NCBI GenBank assembly: GCA_002269645.1
Contig: NIVC01003077.1
Coordinates: forward strand, 29,949 to 93,948
DNA: 64,000 nucleotides
From: Macrostomum lignano
Lineage: Eukaryota
Direction of reading: 5' to 3'
A model generated the notes under the pieces. It was given only the letters and a program-made list of their open reading frames with translations, was not told the origin of the DNA and ran no database searches. Within the stretch, counting starts at the first letter, position 1. Each line of letters begins with the position of its first letter. Positions 1 through 12,400 of the stretch are shown here, one piece after another. The position numbers and the translations under genes were made by a program.

Positions 1-452
1 CGCCAGTTTTCGCTAGGCCGCTGCAGAGCCAGACGGCAACAGAGAACCAACGAGTAGTGCTCACCTGCCAGGTTGAATCGCAGCCGCCGCCTGAGGTGTC
101 CTGGTACTTCCAGACCAATCAGATTCGACCTTCGAAGTATTTCGAGATTCTTGAACAGCCAGAGGTCGGGGCTTACAGCCTGGTGGTGACTCGGGCGCAC
201 CCCGACGACTCCGGGACCTACACAGCAGTAGCCCGCACCGAGCTGGGAGAGTCGCGCTCCTCAGCTGTACTGCAGGTGCAGCCGCAGCAGCAACAGCAAC
301 AACCAGCCAGAATTGTCAGGCCAATGTCAGCAGAGGTCACCGTCCGCGAAGGCGACCGCGTCAGCCTGGAGGTTGAAGCGGTTGGCGAGCCCGAGCCGAC
401 AGCCGCCTGGTTTCGTGAGGGCACCGAATTGGACAGTTCGCCCGATTTTCAA
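1..452 (+). CDS. Titin-like exon (partial at window edge): Ig, polyQ linker, start of Ig
   Basis: Frame 3 from base 3: [26 protein letters not shown]...DSSPDFQ; donor GTGAGT at 453 (phase 0). Confidence 0.9.
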
Positions 453-3400
453 GTGAGTCTGGCGACCATTTCTTTGCTACTAATAGTAATATATCTTTTT
501 GCAGCCCATTTAGGCTTACGCGCATTGAATTTAATCAAAAATGCGTTTGCCAATGTAACGAAGCTTTTGTCTATGGTAGCAAGGCTGGCACAGCGGCATT
601 TCATTTGGTCCAACAAGCATCAATTTGGTCCATTTTTTTATTAGAGGCAGGGGGGTTGTGTGCACCCTGACGCACTTCAAGCGACATAGGCACAAAACCG
701 GCGAGAGGCATTACTGCCCATTCCGCCGACTCCCCTGAGCAGGCATACAAGCGCGCGGATACGTATGCAGGCACACACTCACACAGGAGTGTACAGCAGC
801 CCTAACTTTATTTTATCGTTAGGCATGTACACTTCACTGCGCCTTGGGGGTTGGCTCTCAAGGCCGTTAATTGCACGAGCAGAGCCAAGCCGAGATTCCA
901 ATTCAGCCCCAAATTAATGTGACTGCACTTGGAATCGAGCCTGGGTCGCTGGCACACCAGAGCCTGCGCTAGACCGCTGGGCTACGGCCCCCCTTCAATT
1001 TGGTTCATAGCTTCATTTGCAACTGCTGCGGAGGAGCAAGCTCAGCCCCAGAATTGTAGACCATATGCTAGGCTGTCGAACGAATGCCATTGGCTTGTGA
1101 TCGAAGCGCTCGACATAGGTGAACAACCAAAGGACATTGCAGACGGTTGCGAGAAGACAAGAGTTTGTCGAATGGCTTACGAGCATTTGGACCAAAGAGA
1201 TGCTTGTTGGACCAAATTAAATGCGGCTGTGCCAGCCTTGCTACCATAGACAAAAGCTCCGTTACATTGGCAAACGTATAAAAAAGCAGATTTTGGTATT
1301 TTGGTTGCTAAATAGACTGTCCTCGAAGCATACGCTTGTAATTTAAGCTGAGTCATGGAGGGGCAAAAACTCTGAGTTGTGATAAAATACACAGGGTAGG
1401 ACTTGAAACCCAAGAAACCGTTTCAGCATTGTAAAAGCTGGAATAGATGGCCTATACAGTATGCCGGGGTTGTTTCTACTTCGTATTTCATCCTGTCAGT
1501 CACGTATCGCCATAATCTTTCGCAGATTTCAAAGTCTGGCCGGCTGTACGCTCTGATCATTCCGGAGGCGTTTCCTGAGGACAGCGGCAAATTTCTAGTG
1601 CGAGTTGTTAATCCGTTCGGCAAGGACGAGAGCCAGTGCCAGCTAAGGGTGCTCGGTGAGTTTAAATAGCATGCCGGACATGAGCTGATGCTAGAGCAAT
1701 AGAGCATGATTGCCGTGCCGTTTGCAAAGCACAGAGATAATTTAGCGTAATTTTTTAATCCGAGCTGGCTCCTGTACGAGTGTAATGTGATTTGCGATCA
1801 GACTAGACAAATAGGGGTTGCATTGTCCCACGCATTCAAGGCTACTAAAAATACATTCGTGAGACAATGTGCTTGTACAGATGGTTCTGTCATGAACAAT
1901 GGATAAATAATCAACAGTCCAAGTGCGTGAGTGTTGTCAAGTACTGCGACCGCTGATTCTTTGCATTGTTATGCTGCTTGACGATCATTGTTTGTAGTAA
2001 TGGATTGTTCTGCATAAAAATTTGAATAATTATAGTCAAATTGCTAAAAGTTGCTAGTCACTTGTTAAAAATTCAATCATTGTCTGTCTCTAAACCATAG
2101 ACGCAGTTTACAATTGTATGCCTCTAAAACCATAGACACAACCGACCATTGTCTGCCTCTAAAACCACAGACACAACCGACCATTGTATGCCTCTAAAAC
2201 CATAGACACAACCGACCATTGTCTGCCTCTAAACCATAGACGCAGTTTACAATTGTATGCCTTTAAAACCATAGACACAACCGACCATTGTCTGCCTCTA
2301 AAACCACAGACACAACCGACCATTGTATGCCTCTAAAACCACAGACACAACCGACCATTGTCTGCCTCTAAAACCATAGACACAACCGACCATTGTATGC
2401 CTCTAAAACCATAGACACAACCGACCATTGTCTGCCTCTAAACCATAGACGCAGTTTACAATTGTATGCCTTTAAAACCATAGACACAACCGACCATTGT
2501 CTGCCTCTAAAACCACAGACACAACCGACCATTGTATGCCTCTAAAACCATAGACACAACCGACCATTGTCTGCCTCTAAAACCATAGACACAACCGACC
2601 ATTGTCTGTCTCTAAAATCACAGACACAACCGACCATTGTCTGCCTCTAAACCATAGACGCAGTTTACAATTGTATGCCTTTAAAACCATAGACACAACC
2701 GACCATTGTCTGCCTCTAAAACCACAGACACAACCGACCATTGTATGCCTCTAAAACCATAGACACAACCGACCATTGTCTGCCTCTAAAACCATAGACA
2801 CAACGACCATTGTCTGCCTCTAAAATCACAGACACAACCGACCATTGTCTGCCTCTAAAACCATAGACACAACCGACCATTGTATGCCTCTAAAACCATA
2901 GGCACAACCGACCATTGTCTGCCTCTAAAACCACAGACACAACCGACCATTGTCTGCCTCTAAAACCACAGACACAATCTACCATTGTCTGCCTCTAAAA
3001 CCACAGACACAATCTACCATTGTCTGCCTCTAAAACCATGGGCACAATCTACCATTGTCTGCCTCTAAAACCATAGGCACAACCGACCATTGTCTGCCTC
3101 TAAAATCACAGACACAACCGACCATTGTCTGCCTCTAAAACCACAGACACAATCTACCATTGTCTGCCTCTAAAACCATGGGCACAATCTACCATTGTCT
3201 GCCTCTAAAACCACAGACACAATCTACCATTGTCTGCCTCTAAAACCATAGACACAATCTACCATTGTCTGCCTCTAAAACCACAGACACAATCTACCAT
3301 TGTCTGCCTCTAAAACCATGGGCACAATCTACCATTGTCTGCCTCTAAAACAATGGGCACAATCTACCATTGTCTGCCTCTAAAACCATAGACACAACCG

Positions 3401-6400
3401 ACCATTGTCTGCCTCTAAAACCATAGACACAACCGACCATTGTCTGCCTCTAAAACCATAGACACAATCTACCATTGTCTGCCTCTAAAACCATAGACAC
3501 AATCTACCATTGTCTGCCTCTAAAACCACAGACACAATCTACCATTGTCTGCCTCTAAAACCATGGGCACAATCTACCATTGTCTGCCTCTAAAACCACA
3601 GACACAATCTACCATTGTCTGCCTCTAAAACCATAGGCACAACCGACCATTGTCTGCCTCTAAAACCACAGACACAATCTACCATTGTCTGCCTCTAAAA
3701 CCATAGACACAACCGACCATTGTCTGCCTCTAAAACCACAGACACAATCTACCATTGTCTGCCTCTAAAACCATGGGCACAATCTACCATTGTCTGCCTC
3801 TAAAACCATAGACACAACCGACCATTGTCTGCCTCTAAAACCACAGACACAATCTACCATTGTCTGCCTCTAAAACCATGGGCACAATCTACCAGATCAC
3901 ATCGCTAATATCAGTCACATGATTTGGTTCAAACGATTTAAACGAATCTTTGTTATCGAAAAACAAGTTAGCGAGCTTTTCGCCCAAGATTGCCACTCGA
4001 ACGAACGTGAGCTTAAGTGACACTATAGTACGAGTAGTCCGTGAGTTTTGTATGTTCCAAAGATTATTTTCAGTAAACTTGCATGTAGATTGCATGCTTT
4101 TTTAAAGTATGAGTGACTGGCTCCAATCTAGTAGGCAGTTTCTAGTAGAGGCATACCTGCTAGGTAAAGCAGGTAAAGCACGAACTTGTATTTAAATTTA
4201 TCACTCGTTGACGCTTGCACTTTTTCATCATGCAATCCACATATACTATATATGTGCAACACGTACGGTACTAGCCAGGTTCAGCATGCCCCATTGCATG
4301 ATTAGCTGTTTGATTCAGCAAGTTCATCTACTGTCTGTCTAAAGACGCTTTATTGCTGTGCCATCTTCAATTCTGCATGGACTTTTAAATAACATTGGTG
4401 AGTTTTTGCACGCTGTTTTATATCCCTTAAATTTTAATGCAATGCCCATAGCGTTCTATAATACTTCGGAGCATCTGGAGGAAAGGGTCGATCACCGAAA
4501 TTACAGTTCCAACCTTGCTAAGATTCTAATAAAAACTTTATCATTAGCAAGACCACTAGTAGAGTCATTAGCAATATCGTTAGTAGGATCATTAGCAAAA
4601 CCATTAGCAGGATCGTTAGCAAGACCATTAGTAGGATCATTAGCAAAACCATTAGCAGGATCATTAGCACGACCATTAGTAGGATCATTAGCAAGACCAT
4701 TAGTAGGATCGTTAGCACGACCATTAGTAGGATCATTAGCAAGACCATTAGTAGGATCGTTAGCAAGACCATTAGTAGGATCATTAGCAAAACCATTAGT
4801 AGGATCGTTAGCAAGACCATTAGTAGGATCATTAGCACGACCATTAGTAGGATCATTAGCAAGACCATTAGTAGGATCGTTAGCAAAACCATTAGTAGGA
4901 TCGTTAGCAAAACCATTAGCAGGATCATTAGCACGACCATTAGTAGGATCATTAGCAAAACCATTAGCAGGATCATTAGCACGACCATTAGTAGGATCAT
5001 TAGCAAGACCATTAGTAGGATCGTTAGCAAGACCATTAGTAGGATCATTAGCAAAACCATTAGTAGGATCGTTAGCAAGACCATTAGTAGGATCATTAGC
5101 ACGACCATTAGTAGGATCATTAGCAAGACCATTAGTAGGATCGTTAGCAAAACCATTAGTAGGATCGTTAGCAAAACCATTAGCAGGATCATTAGCACGA
5201 CCATTAGTAGGATCATTAGCAAGACCATTAGTAGGATCGTTAGCAAGACCATTAGTAGGATCATTAGCAAGACCATTAGTAGGATCATTAGCAAAACCAT
5301 TAGTAGGATCATTAGCAAGACCATTAGTAGAATCGTTAGCAAGACCATTAGTAGGATCATTAGCAAGACTATTTGTAGAATCATTAGCAAGAACATTAGT
5401 AGGATCATTAGCAAGACCTTTAGTAGGATCATTAGCAAGACCATTAGTAGGATCACTAGCAAGATCATTAGTAGGATCATTAGCAAGACTATTAGTAGGA
5501 TCATTAGCAAGACTATTTGTAGAATCATTAGCAAGACCACTAGTAGGGCAATCGGCCATTGAATAGTGAATAGTATTCAATTCTCGCTTACAGTCGTGAA
5601 GCTCAAACGTAAACTAACGCAAAAACATTTCAGAGGTCATCGCCGAGCCGGTGATCCCCGAGTCGCCGCCGCAGCTGGTGCAGAAGTTTCCGTCTCAGAT
5701 CAAGTGCCCGCCAGGCGCCACAGCCAAGCTGGAGGTGCAAATTGGCGGCCACCCGAAGCCGACTTTCGAATGGTACCTGAACGGCAGGGCCATTAAGACG
5801 TCGAAGAAGCACGAGATTGTTGAGAACCAGGGCAGCGTCACGCTGCTCATTTACAATGTACAAGCCAACGATGCCGGGGCCTACATCCTGAAGGTGCAAA
5901 ACGACCTGGGCGTGACCACCTGCAAGACTCACCTCACTGTCGATATGCACCAGGCGCATATTAACATTCCGTTCAGCGAACTCAAACAAAAACAGCAGTC
6001 AAAGATGACTTTTCACATCGATAAGGTGCCTCTGCAACAGCTTGTAAACCTAATGTCGTCCGTTGAGTTCTCGCTGAAGTTCCTGCAACCGCTTGCTGAA
6101 CAGTATCGCGTACCTGAGAACAAGACCACTTCCCTCTACTGTGAAGTGCAATCCGAGCCCCCGGCTCAGTTCAAATGGTTCGTCAACGGCATCGAAATTA
6201 TGCCGTCCAATCACGACTTCAAGGTGCACACGAAGCGCAACGTGTCGGAGCTGAAGATGCTCCAGCTGCGACAGCAGCCGCACGAAAAGACAGAGCTGGT
6301 GGTCGAGGCCGCCACACCCCGCGGAAAAATCACCAGCGTCGCTCAGGTAATCGTATCGAAGGAGGCCAGCGATCTTGAGACATTCACGTCGTCGGCGACA

Positions 6401-9400
6401 ATCACGCCCACTTTCAAGATGCCGCTAAAGCCTGTGGTGGTGACGCAGCCCAAGAAGGCTACAGTGCTCGAAGTTGAGGTTGAGGCGCACCCGCCAGCGG
6501 ACTTTCGTTGGTTTAAGAACGGCATCGAAATTACGCCGTCGCAGAAGTTCGAGATTCGCCGGCCATCGCAGCACCGGTCAGAACTGCACATCCGGTCGGC
6601 TGACCTGTCGGACATGGGCCAGTACACGGTCGAGGCTACGTCGGCCATCGGCCGGGCCACCTGCAACACCGTGCTGCAGGTTGGCGATGAGCTGGCCGAG
6701 CCGGCGCTGGTTACGGAAGAGGTCCGCCTACAGCAGGTGTCAGCCCTGCACAATGTAATCCGCGCTCTGAAGCGATCCACCGCGTTGCTGTTCTGCAGCG
6801 TCACCGGTACCCAAGAGCCGGTCAGCTTCCGCTGGTTAGTGCAAGGCGAAGAGGTACAGCAATCCGACAAGTTCGCCATCAAATCGGATGGCCATCGATC
6901 CGAACTAGCAATAAGAAAGGTTGACGAATCAGATGTTGGTGATTATATATGCGAGGTGACCTCGTCGATCGGCCAGGTGCAAGCTGTTACCAAGCTCGAG
7001 GTAATTGAAGAGGAGACCACTGGAGAAACCGCATCCGTAGAGCCACAAACGGTTGTTGCTTCGCAAGAGTCGCCAGCCTTCGTGCAACCTCTGACAGATA
7101 TGCAAGTGTACGACGGCGATGAAGTTGTACTGAAGTGCTCCGTCAGTGGGTCTAAACCCATCAAGGTTGCATGGTACCACGACGACAAAGACATCACCAA
7201 CGCCGAGGACTTTGTCATCAGCTTTGACGAGGAGTCTGGAGTCGCGTCGCTGGTTATTGTCGAAGTGTTCCCAGAGGATCGTGGCGTGTACAAATGCGTG
7301 GTTGAAAACGTACACGGAAAGTCAGAGACTCAAGCTTTATTGCAAGTAGTAGCCCAAGAGCCCGCAGCTGAGGAATCAGCAGCGCCGATGGAGACAGCAG
7401 CTACGGAGGTTGAGGCAGCGATTGATCAGGTGGATTCAGCTCAGATGGAGACTGCCGCCACTGAGGAAGCTGTGCAGGTGCATGAGGCGCCTGCAGAAGA
7501 AAAGCCAACTGTCCTGGCCGAATGGGAGACTTGGGAGAAGATTGAAGACAGCGCAGAGGCAACACTGGCGCCGAAAGAAAAGCGATTAGACCAGGCGGAG
7601 CTGCTGGCAGCATTCGACACCCCCTTTGAATTGCCAACTGAGACCGAGACTGAGACCGAGCCAGTTGAAGAGGATCAACTCGTGTCGGTCCAGGTGCCCC
7701 TCAAAGAAGCGGCTATTGACTTCGATCGCATTTTCGGTGCTCCAAAGGAGGATGAAGAAGCGGCTCCCATGGAAACGGCGCCTGTGGTTGAAGAAGCGCC
7801 AAAGACAATGGAAGCCACGGTTGAAGCTGAAGCCGATGTCACAGCTGTGGCGCAAGAGGAGGCGCCCGTTCACATTGACACATCAGACGACATCAAGGAG
7901 GGAAAACTAGAAGAGGTGATCCCAATGGACACTCAAAGTGTAGACCTGTTCTTTGAAGAGCCACTGCCGAAAGAGATGCTTGCCGTCATTGGCGAGGATG
8001 TAACGTAAGTTTTATGTTGGATGAACGTACTCGTAGCTCGTATTTAGTGTAAAAGAAAGAATTCTAAAGTTCTTGACTGTACTCAAAAATAAACATTTTC
8101 TAGGTGCTGAATTTACGACTTTCACAATACCCACATCAATTTAAATATGCTTTGTTAATTCTTTTCAGTCTCCAGTGCCTTGTTCTTGGCACCCAGCCAA
8201 TCGAGGTGTGCTGGCTATTCGAGAATCAGGTTGTTGCCCCCAGCAACAGGGTTCAAATTGAATACTCAGCCGACAGTGGCGTGTGCCTCTTGAAGATTCA
8301 CCGAGTAACGCTGCAGGATAGCGGAGAGTACGTATGCGAAGCCACTAATATTGCCGGCACCGATGAAACGTTCTGCGTTCTGACTGTCACAAGTAATTCT
8401 ATTTCATATTGTTTGCATTAAACGTATTCGCAAGTCCAGGTTTTAGGGGAGCTTGGGAGTTGGGTTACTCTACTAGTTGAATAGAAAATATGCTAAAACT
8501 AATTTCTAAACCCTAAAACTACGCAACCCTTTATTAGATACCGAAACCGGCCAGACTGAAGTTGTCGACTTCGAAGTATCCGAGGACGTTGCTGACGCAG
8601 AGCTGAAGGCGGCCAGCGTCGGTCAGGAGCAGCAGTCGGAAGCCCTAGCCAGCAGCGAGCAACCCGAGTCGCAAGCAGCTCCGCAACAGGCAACCTTGGC
8701 CGAAGAGAAGGCAGAAGACGTTCTGGAGGCCACCCAGGAGATGACCGAGTCGGAACTGGTGCCTCCCGTGTTTGAATGGGCTCTGCAGCCGCTGAAAGTG
8801 ATGGATGGCGAGGAAGTGAAGTTGACATGCATTCTGCGCGCTAATCCGATGCCGCTAATGGTCATCTGGTACAAAGACGATGAAATCATTGAAGAAAGTA
8901 ACGATATTGAAGTGTTTTATAGTCCAGAGACGGGTGAGTGCGAGCTATGGATTAGCGAAGCATTTCCAGAGGATACCGGTACATACAAAGTGGTTGCCAC
9001 AACACCGTACGGTAAGGCGATCACAGAAGCAAACCTCACAGTCGAGCAGTACGAGTACGTCTCTTCTGCAGCACCTTCGTCGCATGGATCGCTAGGTGAG
9101 GAGCTTCAAGAAGGCCCCGTGCCGCTGCAAGAGGCCGTTGTGGAAGAGGCGCCAATGCAGGAGATTTCTCGAGTCGAAGAAGTCCGAATCGAGAGCTCGC
9201 CCGAAGCGGCTACCGCAGCTACCGCAGTTTCAGACACAGTCGAAGTGCTCGCGAGCTCCGCTGTGTCTGCAGCAGCGGAGGCAACCGAGGACGCGAGTGT
9301 CTTTGAAGCCGAAGTGACTGAATCGGCTACTCAGCAAGAAGAAGAGTTTACACTCGACGCGACAGCTGAAACCACTGAAAAAGCAACTATGAAGGCTTCG

Positions 9401-12400
9401 GCGACCCTCAAAGAAGAAACCCAGCCTGAGGAGACAACATTCGAAGCCGATGCAGGTGTGGAAGAGTTTAGTGCAACTTCTACGGCAGAAGTGGAAGCTC
9501 CAAAAGCTGAACAGGAAGCACAGGCTTTTGTGACTCAGGAGTTAGAGGAGCAACAACCACTGGATTCAACAGAAGCCGACATGGCACCAGTAGAGGAGAT
9601 ACAAGCAGAAGCCGAAGAAACCATGGATAGCAAAGCTACCCCAGTTGTTCAGGAGCCGCAGCAGTACGTCAGTCATGAAATTGTTGAGGAGCAACCGGTT
9701 GATGCAACTGCTGATGAAGTTGCACCTGTCGAAGAACTTCAAGCGGAACCTGAAGAGACCCTTGACAGCAAAGCCGCACCAGCTGTTCAGGAGCCGCAGC
9801 AGTACGTCAGTCATGAAATTGTTGAGGAGCAACCGGTTGATGCAACTGCTGCTGAAGTTGCACCTATCGAGGAGCTACAAGCAGAGGCCGAAGAAACCAT
9901 GGATAGCAAGGCTACCCCAGTTGTTCAGGAGCCGCAGCAGTACGTCAGCCACGAAGTTGTTGAGGAGCAACCGGTTGATGCCACCAGCAACCAAATAAAT
10001 AATCCGCCGCCGGCGAACCAACCTGTTAACCTGCACATTATTCAGATCAACCTGCACCACGCCCTTGCAGCATCTAGCAACCTTTCAGGCACCTTTGCCA
10101 ACAAGGAAGTTGACATCTACCTTATTCAGGAACCGTATACCCGCAAGGGGAAGCCGACCTGCCTGCCGCCAGGCTATCAGGTTCTGTACCTCTGCGCGAA
10201 CGACACCCCCAGAGCTATCGCCCTCGTCAAAAACGACCTCCCGGCCACTATTATGCCAATGTTTTGCTCTAAAGACATGTGTACTTTCTCAGTCTTTGAC
10301 TTGACCTTCGTTTCCGCTTACCTGGACATTCAGGAGGACGTCCCTCCCCCCCTCCTGCAGGAGCTGGCGGACTTCTGTAATCTCCAGGATCGGAAGCTTA
10401 TCGTTAGCTGCGATGCTAACGCCCACAACACTGCCTGGTCTAGTAGCGATACTAACAGGCGCGGTGACTTACTAATTGATTTCATTAACTCCTCCTCGTT
10501 ACACATTTGCAACAGAGGCAGCAAACCCACATTTATTGTCTCTAATCGGCGTGAGGTTATCGACCTCACTCTCGTCTCCAACAACGCCCTCAATCAGGTC
10601 CACAGCTGGCTGGTTAGGGATGACCTCCCATCGCTTTCCGACCACTCGTACATTCAGTACAGCATCAGCTCCGTCGGAGCCCGTCATGAGAACCGGGACC
10701 GCCTTAATTTGAAAAAGGCCGACTGGACAGGTTTTCGAAGAGACCTGCTAAAACTCCTGACCGAAGCCAACTTACCGGACTCCAGCGAGGATCTCCCTGG
10801 CATTGAGCATCGGTGCAACTCCCTCGTTGAGATCCTAAACACCGCCATACGCGCTAACGCCCCTAAGCTGTTTTGCAGGAAGAAATACTCTCCTTGGTGG
10901 AGTCAAGAGCTCACTCGCATGAAGAAAAACACCCGCCGACTGCAACGCCTCGCAAACGGCTCGAATACCCCAGAGGATTGGGAGAACTACCACTCTGCTC
11001 TGAGGATGTACAAAAGTGCTATCCGAAGGGCTAAGAAGACCACCTGGAAAGCCTACTGCGCCGGCCTGGAAGGGCAACACCCCACAGCCCGGCTGGTCAG
11101 GACTCTCAGGCACGACACGCTAGCTCAGTGTAACTCCCTTCTGCACCTGGATGGTAACTACACTACCAGTGCCGAAGGTTCGCTAAATCTTCTTTTCTCC
11201 ACCTGCTTTCCGCAGGTTGACGAACCGGAGTACGTGGTCGATGACCACAGGCCTTGTGATCACAAGCTTTTCCAGCAGTGCGCCACCCCCAGCTACTCCA
11301 GCTGGCAGCAAATTCTTTTAAACCGTATAAATCGTCTGGCCCTGACAATATCGCCCCCTGTATCCTGCAGGAGGCGCTAAAGCTGCAAAACTTTGCTGAT
11401 TCTTTCTCTAAATTGCTTGTTGACTGTTATACCACAGGTTACATTCCCACAATCTGGAGAATGTCCAGAGTCGTGTTCATCCCGAAACCTGCTAAGGGTG
11501 ACTACACCAACGTGAAATCCTTCCGGCCCATCAGCCTCACTTCCTTTTGTGTTAAGCTGATGGAGAGGCTCATCCTGTGGAGGCTTCGAGAGTGCGACCT
11601 GCGCTCCGACCCTGTCAGTAAGTACCAGTACGCCTTCCAGCCTGGGAGGACGACTGAGCATGCTCTCCACGCCATTACCTCCAAAATTGAGAGTGCCATC
11701 CTTAGCAAACAACTCGCTTGCGGGTTGTTCGTTGACTTCGAAGGAGCATTTGACAATGTCCTCTTCCGCTCCTTCAGAAATTCTCTTTCCCGCAGGAATG
11801 TAAGACACAGCATTGTTCGCTGGATTTATTTTATGATCCGCAAAAGGTTTGTGACATCCACACTTATGGGCGTTACCCTCACCCGGGCGGTGATGAAAGG
11901 CGGCCCGCAAGGTGGCGTGCTAACTCCACTTCTCTGGAATCTCGTCATGGACGAACTTCTAACCGCTGACATTCCCAGCAGTATCACCAGGGCGGGCTAC
12001 GCCGATGACGTTGCCGCGGTCGTCAGCGGACCCGACCCCGCCACTCTGCGCAACCTGATGCAGCAATTCGCCGACAAGGCGGCCGACTGGGCTACACAGC
12101 ATGGCCTAAAAATCAGCGTCACTAAGACTGTCGCTGTCGTTTTCACCAAGCGCCGTAAATGGGAGATGAAAAACCTCACTGTCTATGGCAGAAACATCCC
12201 CTTCAAGAAGGAGGTCAAATACCTCGGTGTGACGCTAACGCATGACCTGCGCTGGACGAAGCACCTTGATAACGTCATCGGTCGGGCAAAACGCTGCTTT
12301 GCCCAGCTGCGCAGAGCCATCGGGCCGACTTGGGGCCTCTCGCCTAGAACGGTCCGTTGGATTTATACCGGCATCATCCGGCCCAGTATCACATACGCGA

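Noticed and set aside
453-644. Hydrophobic extension of ORF 57-644 as a transmembrane segment
   Set aside because: It is read-through past a strong GTGAGT donor that splits an Ig domain, and it runs into the foldback repeat arm
919-992. Functional tRNA gene
   Set aside because: No canonical 7-nt anticodon loop or clean acceptor stem; B-box is GGCTCGA; followed by a SINE-like body, tail and TSD
2081-3893. CRISPR-like array (35-bp repeats)
   Set aside because: Units are directly adjacent with no unique spacers, there are no cas genes, and the context is a eukaryotic intron
4518-5540. 340-aa Leu/Met/Ile-rich membrane protein ORF
   Set aside because: By-product of translating the 24-bp minisatellite
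5594-5796. Alternative acceptor TTACAG at 5593 (ORF 5566-5796)
   Set aside because: With the phase-1 upstream donor it enters a frame other than the Ig frame and stops at 5796
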